Shown in pieces: positions 8,948-18,170 of a stretch of DNA of 24,537 nt. A program made the translations under genes and the position numbers. Location of the stretch: NCBI GenBank assembly GCA_025881525.1, contig GCA_025881525.1_4849.1; one strand, written 5' to 3'. Source of the DNA: a phage. Below the pieces are notes generated by a model. It saw only the letters and a program-made list of their open reading frames with translations, searched no databases and was not told where the DNA came from. Position 1 is the first letter of the stretch. Each line of letters opens with the position of its first letter.

Positions 8948-9168
8948 TTTGTTTCTCCATCAGAAAGTATTTCTTTATATTCACCCTCAACCTCGTACAG
9001 ATCACCCAGCTTAAATACCTCATACGAGTTTTGGCCTCCTTCTCGCCATGAGTGAACCTCATTCAGTTTTTCAGCCACCGCATTAGCCTCCTGTTCAGTT
9101 GGGTAAACAGCAACCACATTTGATGAAACGCCGCATTCGATACACCCAATATTAAATACAAGCCACAT
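8944..9168 (-). CDS. hypothetical protein (74 aa)
   Basis: ORF in minus-strand operon. Confidence 0.55.
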   Translation of the reverse strand: MWLVFNIGCIECGVSSNVVAVYPTEQEANAVAEKLNEVHSWREGGQNSYEVFKLGDLYEVEGEYKEILSDGETK

Positions 9169-9170
9169 GA

Positions 9171-9485
9171 TTATTCTCCCAGTGCCTTATTAACCGCCGC
9201 ACGCGCATTATCCAGAACGCGACGCTTGCTTGATGTTGTCCAGACTTTGCCGTCTGCAGAATCGTAACATTCAATCATTTGCTGCATAGCAGCAATTAAT
9301 TCGGAAATAATCATGTCACGATAACCTAACTCCGCAGCAATGGCTGACTTTGGGTGTAAAGACTCAGATGTCATGGCGGATACATGCTTTAAGTAAAGCC
9401 CACCAAAATTATCAAGAGCCTCTATGTCACGCTCTGCATACAAATTGTTACTGTCAGTCATTTGATATACTCCATAATCTCGCAT
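9171..9485 (-). CDS. hypothetical protein (104 aa)
   Basis: ORF in minus-strand operon. Confidence 0.6.
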   Translation of the reverse strand: MRDYGVYQMTDSNNLYAERDIEALDNFGGLYLKHVSAMTSESLHPKSAIAAELGYRDMIISELIAAMQQMIECYDSADGKVWTTSSKRRVLDNARAAVNKALGE

Positions 9486-9601
9486 TCACGCATCTGCACC
9501 AGACCAAATGGTGCAACCACCTTGCCGCACGGACGGACTTTGATTTGCTCAAGACCGAACATTCCGCATCGTCCGTTCTCTTTGAATTTTACCATCACCA
9601 T
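9458..9601 (-). CDS. hypothetical small Cys-containing protein (47 aa)
   Basis: Translation MVMVKFKENGRCGMFGLEQIKVRPCGKVVAPFGLVQMRECEIMEYIK; fills gap in operon; overlaps next gene by 28 nt. Confidence 0.25.
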   Translation of the reverse strand: MVMVKFKENGRCGMFGLEQIKVRPCGKVVAPFGLVQMRECEIMEYIK

Positions 9602-9603
9602 GA

Positions 9604-9762
9604 TTAATGCCCGTTCTTCTTGGCTAATTGTTGCGCGCGCTTCTTCGTGTACCCGCAGGCCATCAGGCGCTTGACCTCGTTGCGGCGCTTTGCGAAATGG
9701 TACTCACGAGAATTAAATGCGCATTCGTTGCTAAAGGTAACATTACGTGGATTCATCTTCAT
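9604..9762 (-). CDS. hypothetical small basic protein (52 aa)
   Basis: Translation MKMNPRNVTFSNECAFNSREYHFAKRRNEVKRLMACGYTKKRAQQLAKKNGH; GAGTGAGGTG RBS; first gene of the minus block. Confidence 0.35.
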   Translation of the reverse strand: MKMNPRNVTFSNECAFNSREYHFAKRRNEVKRLMACGYTKKRAQQLAKKNGH

Positions 9763-9780
9763 CACCTCACTCATCGTTTG

Positions 9781-9836
9781 ATGTAGATACTATGCACCAC
9801 CACTCAATCTACGTCAACAGTCATTGTGATAGAATT
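9781..9836. promoter_or_regulatory. divergent promoter region: TTGACG -35 (minus, 9812-9817) and extended -10 TGaTAGAAT (plus, 9827-9835), built around the 15-mer AATCTACGTCAACAG
   Basis: Read directly; located between divergently oriented gene blocks. Confidence 0.45.
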
Positions 9837-9861
9837 AATCATTATTTGAACAGGAGGCAGA

Positions 9862-10140
9862 ATGAAGCTATCGCAACGCGGCGCGGAGGCTCTCGGAATC
9901 ACCGATGCCGTGGATATATCGCCTTACATCACCACTGAGACAACGCAGAATCAGTTTGATGCACTGACAAGTCTTGCTGCCGACATCGGCATTGACTCGT
10001 TCCGCAAATCAACGCTTCTGAAGAAACACAATCTCCGCTGCTTCTCATGTGTCGTTGCTCATTTCATCGTGTGGGGCGAGAAGACTGGCGACAAAGCAAA
10101 ACGCAAAGCTGAAAAAGAGGTTTACTGGTATGGCTATTAG
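9862..10140 (+). CDS. GH24 (T4/P22-type) lysozyme-like remnant lacking the catalytic N-terminal core (92 aa)
   Basis: C-terminal half QNQFDALTSLAADIGIDSFRKSTLLKKHNL resembles P22 gp19 NQNQYDALCSLIFNIGKSAFAGSTVLRQLNL (from memory); no E-x8-D-x5-T catalytic block; GGAGG RBS. Confidence 0.5.
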   Translation: MKLSQRGAEALGITDAVDISPYITTETTQNQFDALTSLAADIGIDSFRKSTLLKKHNLRCFSCVVAHFIVWGEKTGDKAKRKAEKEVYWYGY

Positions 10141-10594
10141 CAAAAACATGAAAGCGTTTCTGGATATGCTGGCATACAGCGAGGGCACGGATAACGGGCG
10201 ACAGAAAACCAATAATCATGGCTATGATGTGATTGTTGGTGGCTCGTTGTTTACCGACTACTCAGACCACCCGCGCAAGCTGATTAGCCTGCCTAAGCTG
10301 GGCATCAAATCCACCGCCGCCGGTCGCTATCAGGTGCTGGCTAAATTTTATGATGCATACAAAAAGCAGTTGCGTCTGCCTGACTTCTCTCCCGCATCTC
10401 AGGATGCTATTGCAATGCAGCTAATCCGTGAATGCAAGGCCACCGCTGATATTGAGGCTGGTCGCATTGCTGATGCCATCCATAAATGCCGCTCCCGCTG
10501 GGCTTCATTGCCGGGCGCTGGTTATGGTCAGCATGAGCAGAAACTGGATAAGCTGATTCAGGTATACAAAGAGGCTGGCGGAGTTGTGGCATGA
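10130..10594 (+). CDS. R: endolysin, lambda R-type lytic transglycosylase
   Basis: KAFLDMLAYSEGTDNGRQKTNNHGYDVIVGG...DYSDHPRKL...AGRYQ closely matches lambda R as recalled; ATG 10130 with AAAGAGG RBS preferred over track start 10049. Confidence 0.9.
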   Translation: MAISKNMKAFLDMLAYSEGTDNGRQKTNNHGYDVIVGGSLFTDYSDHPRKLISLPKLGIKSTAAGRYQVLAKFYDAYKKQLRLPDFSPASQDAIAMQLIRECKATADIEAGRIADAIHKCRSRWASLPGAGYGQHEQKLDKLIQVYKEAGGVVA

Positions 10595-10830
10595 AAAAGC
10601 TAAGCAACTGGCTGCTCGGCGCGTGGATTTCATTCTGCTCACTATTGCAGCTATGGCCTGATGCAATGATGCATGTGTGGGTAATGATGCCGGATGACCT
10701 GAAAGCAGCGCTACCGCCAATCGTGGTTAAAGGTGTGAGCTACTCAATCATGCTTGTTGGCATCCTCGGCAAAATGCACGGCATGAGGAAGGAAAACCGG
10801 AGGCTGCGCAATGATGTCAATTCTCGCTAA
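10591..10830 (+). CDS. putative holin (two TM segments, highly basic C-terminus)
   Basis: Hydrophobic WLLGAWISFCSLLQLW and VSYSIMLVGILG with C-terminal KMHGMRKENRRLRNDVNSR; sits between endolysin and spanins. Confidence 0.45.
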   Translation: MKKLSNWLLGAWISFCSLLQLWPDAMMHVWVMMPDDLKAALPPIVVKGVSYSIMLVGILGKMHGMRKENRRLRNDVNSR

Positions 10831-11302
10831 ATACTGGCGACCGCTGGCAATTATTATAATTGCTGCTGCTGGTGCGTTGTGGGTGCGTGGCGAAATTATC
10901 AGCTACGGCGACCAGCGATACGCAGAAGGCAAAGCTCAAGCAATCGCAGACCAGAAGGCCGCAGACGAACAAGAGGAGCAACGACGCAATGCAGAACTGC
11001 AAAAAATTCAGGCCGACGCACAGCAAAGAATTGATGCTGCGCGCAATGATGCTGTTAATGCTGCCGCTAAGTCTGGCAGGTTGCAGCAACAACTCACCAG
11101 TATCCGCAAGCAGCTCGTCGGATATTTCACCTCTGAGTCCATTGGCAACCCAGCCGCAGAAACCGGAGTTTTGCTTGGAGACGTGCTCAGCAAATCTGTC
11201 GAAAGAAATCGACAACTGGCAGATTATGCTGACAGGGCGAGAGAAGCGGGATTAGCGTGTGAGGCGCAGTACAATTCGCTGCGTAATAAAAAAGCCCCGT
11301 AA
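10811..11302 (+). CDS. Rz: i-spanin (Rz-like)
   Basis: N-terminal TM (LAIIIIAAAGALWV) followed by charged coiled-coil periplasmic domain; GGAGG RBS; hosts an embedded lipoprotein ORF. Confidence 0.7.
   Translation: MMSILAKYWRPLAIIIIAAAGALWVRGEIISYGDQRYAEGKAQAIADQKAADEQEEQRRNAELQKIQADAQQRIDAARNDAVNAAAKSGRLQQQLTSIRKQLVGYFTSESIGNPAAETGVLLGDVLSKSVERNRQLADYADRAREAGLACEAQYNSLRNKKAP
11034..11255 (+). CDS. Rz1: o-spanin (Rz1-like), embedded in +1 frame within Rz
   Basis: Lipoprotein signal with lipobox MLRAMMLLMLPLSLAG-C, Pro/Ser-rich mature part; fully nested in i-spanin gene. Confidence 0.6.
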   Translation: MLRAMMLLMLPLSLAGCSNNSPVSASSSSDISPLSPLATQPQKPEFCLETCSANLSKEIDNWQIMLTGREKRD

Positions 11303-11318
11303 TGGGGCTTGTGTTTAA
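11285..11318. terminator. bidirectional hairpin terminator (GCCCC-gtaat-GGGGC) flanked by A-run and T-rich tract
   Basis: Read directly; spanin stop codon in loop; convergent gene blocks meet here. Confidence 0.6.
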
Positions 11319-11441
11319 TTGCTTTGCTCAGAATCTTCTCTCTGCTTCCACATCTGCTTCAGCTGAAAATAAGCATATGCCTCATCACCATCCTTCGCAT
11401 TGCGTTCCATTTGTTCACACCATGCTGATGGTTTTGGTGGC

Positions 11442-11750
11442 TCACTCTGCTGGCACTGTTGCTGGCTCATCAACAGATTCCTCAGTTGCAGTTTCAACGA
11501 TGCGCACCAACGAACATTCAAGGTTCGGCGCATTGTAATTACCAGCCAGAAACAGAACGCTGCCGGTGCTAATCAGCACCTGTTTCGCGTTTGCCTGCGA
11601 CAGGTTCTGCACGATGAATTGCGCCGTTTCCGTGCCGATTTTTAGCACTGCGCTGCCGTCGCTATTCAGTGACACCAGTTGTGCGGAAGTGTCGGTAATG
11701 TTGGTATAGCTCGCGTTTCGTTGCGCGATGGTGATGTCGCAGAATGCCAT
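11442..11750 (-). CDS. hypothetical protein (102 aa)
   Basis: ORF in minus-strand operon; 3-prime end and the 140 bp between it and the terminator are unresolved. Confidence 0.5.
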   Translation of the reverse strand: MAFCDITIAQRNASYTNITDTSAQLVSLNSDGSAVLKIGTETAQFIVQNLSQANAKQVLISTGSVLFLAGNYNAPNLECSLVRIVETATEESVDEPATVPAE

Positions 11751-11947
11751 TATTTAATCTCTCCATTCAGTTCATTAACAATTAACGTTGCATAGCCAGC
11801 AATATCCTTCCAGCTATCGTCATATGTCGGGTCGCCATTCAGAATGCGCCCAATCTTGTGCTGAATCATGTCGAGCGCCTCGCGTTGGCTTGGTGTCATG
11901 TTATGCCAGCCATCCACTTCGCGCATGACAGTTTTCAGTTCCTGCAT
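11750..11947 (-). CDS. hypothetical protein (65 aa)
   Basis: ORF in minus-strand operon. Confidence 0.55.
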   Translation of the reverse strand: MQELKTVMREVDGWHNMTPSQREALDMIQHKIGRILNGDPTYDDSWKDIAGYATLIVNELNGEIK

Positions 11948-12001
11948 GATTTCAGCACCGTCTTTGAATTTGCCGTATCGACTACCGCGTTCGGTGATGA
12001 G

Positions 12002-12271
12002 TTACTCAGTAGTATCAGCTTCCGGCGCGCCAATGCAATCATTGAGGTCTTGCTCGTCATTTTCAAAAACGAACGACCACGATGGGTATTCGGCGAAAAA
12101 TTTATACCCATACTTATCAATCCCCTCTATTCTCGCGCATCTGCCAGCATCAACTTTTTTCAGTGTCATTGACTCAAATTGAATGTCATCATATGACTGC
12201 TCGATGCTTTGCGATTTATATATACGCACCGGACCGCCAGTACCAGAGTAAACCAGTTTGCCTTTAATCAT
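12002..12271 (-). CDS. hypothetical protein (89 aa)
   Basis: ATG 12271 overlapping upstream stop (ATGA) with GGAGAGAG RBS preferred over track start 12283. Confidence 0.55.
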   Translation of the reverse strand: MIKGKLVYSGTGGPVRIYKSQSIEQSYDDIQFESMTLKKVDAGRCARIEGIDKYGYKFFAEYPSWSFVFENDEQDLNDCIGAPEADTTE

Positions 12272-12492
12272 TTCTCTCTCCACTTAATCATCTCGCGTCG
12301 CGGCATTGTGACGCGGTTGTATTCATCAACATTAAAATTGGCCCGAATCAAATCATACATCTCATCCTTTGGCATATCAGCCAGCGCCACATAGCAACGG
12401 GCAAAGTAGCGAACATCACGGAGTGTCAGCGGCTGCCGCTTCTCCACAATGCTGGTGATAATGTCCATCGGCTCGCGTCGTGGTCTTGGCAT
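12268..12492 (-). CDS. hypothetical protein (74 aa)
   Basis: First ORF of minus block, AAGGAG RBS on minus strand. Confidence 0.55.
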   Translation of the reverse strand: MPRPRREPMDIITSIVEKRQPLTLRDVRYFARCYVALADMPKDEMYDLIRANFNVDEYNRVTMPRREMIKWREK

Positions 12493-12519
12493 ATTTACTA
12501 CTCCTTTTTCGAAATTTAT

Positions 12520-12575
12520 TATTGACGAATCTACGTCACTTAGTCAATACTGTTGGTGTAGAATGATTCTACCAC
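12520..12575. promoter_or_regulatory. divergent regulatory region with TTGACG, AATCTACGTCA motif, inverted repeat TGACG-N6-CGTCA and 15-bp palindrome GTAGAATgATTCTAC (12558-12572)
   Basis: Read directly; between divergently transcribed blocks. Confidence 0.4.
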
Positions 12576-12596
12576 AACGGAAAAGGTGATGTGGAA

Positions 12597-12794
12597 ATGC
12601 AATATAAAGAAATAGCAGCGAGATACCAGAAGGAAGTTCGCGAGGTTATGGAAATCCTTAATGTTCGCGAGGATACCATTAAGTTTGTGGAAACTGCCAT
12701 GTGCTCACTGGCACTTGAAGCGGAGGTTGCAGGTCGTGAAAAGGCTGACGAACTTATATCTGCGGTGGTTTATAGTTCAACCAGTAACGGTTGA
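12597..12794 (+). CDS. hypothetical protein (65 aa)
   Basis: ORF track starts at GTG 12591; ATG 12597 with AAGGTG RBS preferred. Confidence 0.5.
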   Translation: MQYKEIAARYQKEVREVMEILNVREDTIKFVETAMCSLALEAEVAGREKADELISAVVYSSTSNG

Positions 12795-12854
12795 GGATGA
12801 AGGTTATCTGTGCGTTGAGCACGTTGTTATCAAGTTCTACGGGAGAAATTATAA

Positions 12855-13049
12855 ATGGCGCATGACGAGCTGTACGAAGAATCGTTAATCCAGCGACTGA
12901 ATGAAGTTGAACGCACTCGCGAATGGCTGGAGTGCGAATTGCGAGAAGTGCGTAACCGACTGCAACGTAAGCGCAGTCAACAGAAGGATGTTATCGACTG
13001 GTCTGGCGATGCGCCTAAATTTAACAACATTGGAGAATGGTTGAAATGA
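12855..13049 (+). CDS. hypothetical protein, predicted coiled coil (64 aa)
   Basis: ORF in plus block. Confidence 0.5.
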   Translation: MAHDELYEESLIQRLNEVERTREWLECELREVRNRLQRKRSQQKDVIDWSGDAPKFNNIGEWLK

Positions 13050-13258
13050 GAAAGCTCAGTACGATACACGAATTGGTTTTAGCTGACATTCGTGAGTTAA
13101 ATGCCAGAAGCAAGAAACACAGAAATCAGCGGGAAAGTCATGCTACTCGCGACTTTATCAAGCAGATCTCACAGAACAACAAACGAAACAGTTATAGACG
13201 CGATAGAGTTTTGTTAAGGCTCTGTGATTTAAATATGAAAAGATACTTAAGGATATGA
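13046..13258 (+). CDS. hypothetical basic protein (70 aa)
   Basis: ATG 13046 overlapping upstream stop (ATGA) preferred over track start 13037. Confidence 0.45.
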   Translation: MRKLSTIHELVLADIRELNARSKKHRNQRESHATRDFIKQISQNNKRNSYRRDRVLLRLCDLNMKRYLRI

Positions 13259-13262
13259 CAAA

Positions 13263-13514
13263 ATGAGCGCACCATATATGCCGATGATGAATGACGAAAT
13301 GCTGCTTGAGTGTCCGTTTTGTGGAGATGCTCATGCGTATATAGATAACGATGGTCCTGGCGCGTTTTATGTCGCTTGCTCGCAGTGTGGGTGTGGTACT
13401 GATGAGTGGCCTCACCAAGCATCAGCAGTGAAGTCATGGAATACTCGCAACGGTCACCTCTACACCGCAGGCGACTTCAATCAGGTAGCAGAGGAACGCG
13501 ATTATGGATTATAA
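13263..13514 (+). CDS. Lar-family restriction alleviation-like zinc-ribbon protein
   Basis: CPFCG ... CSQCGC ... WNTR arrangement typical of Lar family small proteins (from memory). Confidence 0.55.
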   Translation: MSAPYMPMMNDEMLLECPFCGDAHAYIDNDGPGAFYVACSQCGCGTDEWPHQASAVKSWNTRNGHLYTAGDFNQVAEERDYGL

Positions 13515-13992
13515 GTCACAAATCATGCGCGTGATTGTCAATCATCCTGGAGCAACGCGTGCATATATTGAGAAGCATTGCGGCGGAAAGCATTCAAGCA
13601 CCACAACGCACCGTCTGCATGAAATGCTTGCGCTTGGCTTCATTCGTCGCGAGAAGTCAGTGATTCGTGGTGGTAAGTGGCAGTATAAATATTTCATCTC
13701 TGATGATGCGCCTGGAATTGATGATGCGATTAAGTGCCATTTGCTTGATAACGCTGGCGCAGAAGTGAAAGATATTAGCTCAGCCACTGGCATTGATTAT
13801 CGCATCGTGAAAAGCCGCATTCGCATCATGTTTCATAACGGAGATGTGACGCGAAGCTATGATCATCATAAGAAGTTTTGGCGTTATTCATGGAAGGAGA
13901 AGGAAGTAAATGTGAGCAACCTTTTTAATTCACTCCTTCGCAACGTAAGAGGTCAGCATGGGGAAAACCAAACGCAAGAAGCAAGAGTATGA
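13504..13992 (+). CDS. putative DNA-binding protein with two winged-helix-like repeats (162 aa)
   Basis: Two similar segments (around NHPGATRAYIEKH and DNAGAEVKDISSATGIDYRIVKSRI); inferred from pattern only. Confidence 0.5.
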   Translation: MDYKSQIMRVIVNHPGATRAYIEKHCGGKHSSTTTHRLHEMLALGFIRREKSVIRGGKWQYKYFISDDAPGIDDAIKCHLLDNAGAEVKDISSATGIDYRIVKSRIRIMFHNGDVTRSYDHHKKFWRYSWKEKEVNVSNLFNSLLRNVRGQHGENQTQEARV

Positions 13993-14134
13993 AACGCTGC
14001 CACCATGCGAAATGTCAGGAATGCCGCAGCATGAGGATGTGATTCTCACCGAAGCTGAGTGGCGCAAAGTGGCAAGAGTGCAAATCATGTTCCGCAAACT
14101 TGCTGAGGACGTACTAAATGAGATGGGCTATTAA
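13958..14134 (+). CDS. hypothetical small protein (58 aa)
   Basis: ATG with GTAAGAGG RBS; overlaps 3-prime end of previous gene in another frame; below ORF-track cutoff. Confidence 0.25.
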   Translation: MGKTKRKKQEYETLPPCEMSGMPQHEDVILTEAEWRKVARVQIMFRKLAEDVLNEMGY

Positions 14135-14501
14135 GCATAAATCCGGCAGAACTCTGTTTATTACATCTGATGAGTTTATTGCCAATAACCGTAGAGAGAT
14201 GGGGTGGATAGTGGAGGAAGTGAAGATGACGAGTAGAGAGCAGTTTGAAGCAAGCTGGTTGCGACGCGGAGGTGAGGAGTCAGACCTTGTCCGTTACCAT
14301 GAAAATCACCACGAGGTTGGCAGTGGTAATGTTGGTGGTCAGTATGTGATTGATGATGTTCAAGGTCACTGGCAAACATGGCAGGCATCACGCACAGAAA
14401 TTGAGATTCAAGCGTGCCCATGCCCAAACGATCATGGACCGAATGTTGATGACCATTATCGCGAGCAAATTAATAACGCAGGCTTAAAGGTGAAAAAATG
14501 A
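14118..14501 (+). CDS. hypothetical protein (127 aa)
   Basis: ORF in plus block. Confidence 0.55.
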   Translation: MRWAIKHKSGRTLFITSDEFIANNRREMGWIVEEVKMTSREQFEASWLRRGGEESDLVRYHENHHEVGSGNVGGQYVIDDVQGHWQTWQASRTEIEIQACPCPNDHGPNVDDHYREQINNAGLKVKK

Positions 14502-14824
14502 TTATCCCATTAAACGACATCATGAAAGCAGACATCATCCAGCTTGAAAATTATGACATGCAACTGGCGTTTGAGATCGAAACTGTTGAACGTCAACTGC
14601 AATATGCGGATAAGAAGAATGATCGCATCTGGCATGAGAAAGCACTTAAGGCGCGTGACCACATGAAGCGCACGCGAGCACTTATTAAAACCCGTCTGGA
14701 TAAGCTGTATTTTGGCGAAGAGCGCATGCTGCATGGCGCGATACTGGCGCAAATCCGAAAGGAAATGCCAATTGGCAAATTCATGACATACGTTCACCGA
14801 GCAAAGCAGGAGGCTGGGTTATGA
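14498..14824 (+). CDS. hypothetical protein (108 aa)
   Basis: ORF with ATGA overlap to upstream gene. Confidence 0.55.
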   Translation: MIIPLNDIMKADIIQLENYDMQLAFEIETVERQLQYADKKNDRIWHEKALKARDHMKRTRALIKTRLDKLYFGEERMLHGAILAQIRKEMPIGKFMTYVHRAKQEAGL

Positions 14825-14967
14825 TTCCATTACTGTGGATATTATCGGCCTACTCATTCGCAAGGGTATTTGAGGCTGACACTCTGTACCAGATGATTTG
14901 CTATGGTGCTCTGTTCTGCCTGTCAGGTGCTGCGCTAGCATTTATGGATGATGTGATTTCAGACTAA
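14821..14967 (+). CDS. hypothetical small membrane peptide (48 aa)
   Basis: Translation MIPLLWILSAYSFARVFEADTLYQMICYGALFCLSGAALAFMDDVISD; start overlaps upstream stop. Confidence 0.3.
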   Translation: MIPLLWILSAYSFARVFEADTLYQMICYGALFCLSGAALAFMDDVISD

Positions 14968-15022
14968 CTCCGTATATCTTTTGTTCATCATGGGCTGCTA
15001 TCATTTAATCAGGAGGTAGCCC

Positions 15023-15145
15023 ATGAATATGATCCCTATCACTTACTTTCTCACGCTATACGCACTCACCAATTCGCCACTGTTTGCACTGGCTACCGCC
15101 TCATGGTGTTATATCTCCCTGTGTTATAATTCGACCACAAACTAA
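15023..15145 (+). CDS. hypothetical small hydrophobic peptide (40 aa)
   Basis: Strong AGGAGGT RBS 6 nt upstream; translation MNMIPITYFLTLYALTNSPLFALATASWCYISLCYNSTTN. Confidence 0.3.
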   Translation: MNMIPITYFLTLYALTNSPLFALATASWCYISLCYNSTTN

Positions 15146-15161
15146 CCGTGGAGAGTTAACC

Positions 15162-17065
<1,904 letters not shown>

Positions 17066-17067
17066 TA

Positions 17068-18138
17068 ATGGAAAAGATTATTTTTACCAAAGACCTGGTA
17101 GCCAACTCCGCAGTGGTGGCTGACCAGTGGAAACATCTCACCATCGACCGCAAGGTGTTCTGCAACGCAGAAGCTGAGCTGGCTAAAACCTATGGTGTTA
17201 ACGCCACTGCACTGGTAACGAAAGATTACTGGCGCGACGTGGACAACGTCACGACCCGTGTTTTCCGCAACGAGGCTGGTCAGGATATGATGGCTGACCT
17301 GATGGGTATCGCGGCAAACATCAATATCGGTAAGACTGTGGCAATCAGCCGTATCGCTTCCGATGCTGGCAAGGTCGTCCGCACCCTGTCTGGTCAGGAG
17401 CCGGAAGATTTGGATAAAACTCGCTACGATTACACTGGCGATGTGATTCCAATCTTCAAGACTGGCTACAGCCGCGAATGGCGCGAACTGCTGGGTATGC
17501 AGTCCGAAGGTTTTGACCCGCTGCTGGACGATCAGGCTAACGTCACCTTTAACCTGCGTTCAGATATGGCACAATACCTGCTGACTGGCGACCAGACTCT
17601 GAACGTGAATGGCGTTTACACTGGCTACGGTATCACCAACCACCCGAACACTGTTCAGGTTAACCTGAATGCTTCCGGCGGTCTGAATATCGACCTGCAA
17701 ACTGCAACGCCAGACGAAATCGTGACCTTCTTCAATCAGGATTTCCAGGCTATTCTGGATGCACAGAACGTATTTGAGCAGGTTACTCTGTGGGTTTCCC
17801 CGGCAGTACGTCGCAGCTTCATGCGTCCGTATTCTAACGCGGCAGGCTTCAAAGGTGGCACTGTTGAGCAGTACATCACGCAGTTCGGCAATGGTCGCAT
17901 CGGCAAGATTGGCACCAACTTCCTGCTGACTGGTAACCATTTCGTTGGCTATGTTCGCAACGACATGTACATCCGTCCGCGTGTTGCTCAGCCAGTTTCC
18001 ACCTATGCGGCAGCCCGTGACAATCCGCACGATAACTTTAACTTTATGGTGTGGTCTGCTTTTGGTCTGCAGATTCGCAAGGATGCCGCTGGAAAAAGCC
18101 GCGTCTTTAATGGCTATGGTAGCCAGGAAGCTAAATAA
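17068..18138 (+). CDS. major capsid protein (putative)
   Basis: 356 aa, position after scaffold/decoration genes, followed by strong terminator; synteny-based. Confidence 0.6.
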   Translation: MEKIIFTKDLVANSAVVADQWKHLTIDRKVFCNAEAELAKTYGVNATALVTKDYWRDVDNVTTRVFRNEAGQDMMADLMGIAANINIGKTVAISRIASDAGKVVRTLSGQEPEDLDKTRYDYTGDVIPIFKTGYSREWRELLGMQSEGFDPLLDDQANVTFNLRSDMAQYLLTGDQTLNVNGVYTGYGITNHPNTVQVNLNASGGLNIDLQTATPDEIVTFFNQDFQAILDAQNVFEQVTLWVSPAVRRSFMRPYSNAAGFKGGTVEQYITQFGNGRIGKIGTNFLLTGNHFVGYVRNDMYIRPRVAQPVSTYAAARDNPHDNFNFMVWSAFGLQIRKDAAGKSRVFNGYGSQEAK

Positions 18139-18170
18139 TAAAAAAGGGGGTTTATCCCCCTTCTTTGTAT
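18136..18170. terminator. bidirectional hairpin terminator (AAGGGGG-tttat-CCCCCTT) flanked by A-run and T-tract
   Basis: Read directly; minus-strand HNH gene stop codon lies in the loop. Confidence 0.65.

Noticed and set aside
10860-11033. Upstream part of track ORF 10860-11255
   Set aside because: The +1-frame ORF inside the i-spanin gene is interpreted as Rz1 beginning at the lipoprotein signal (ATG 11034); the upstream part has no signal-peptide character.
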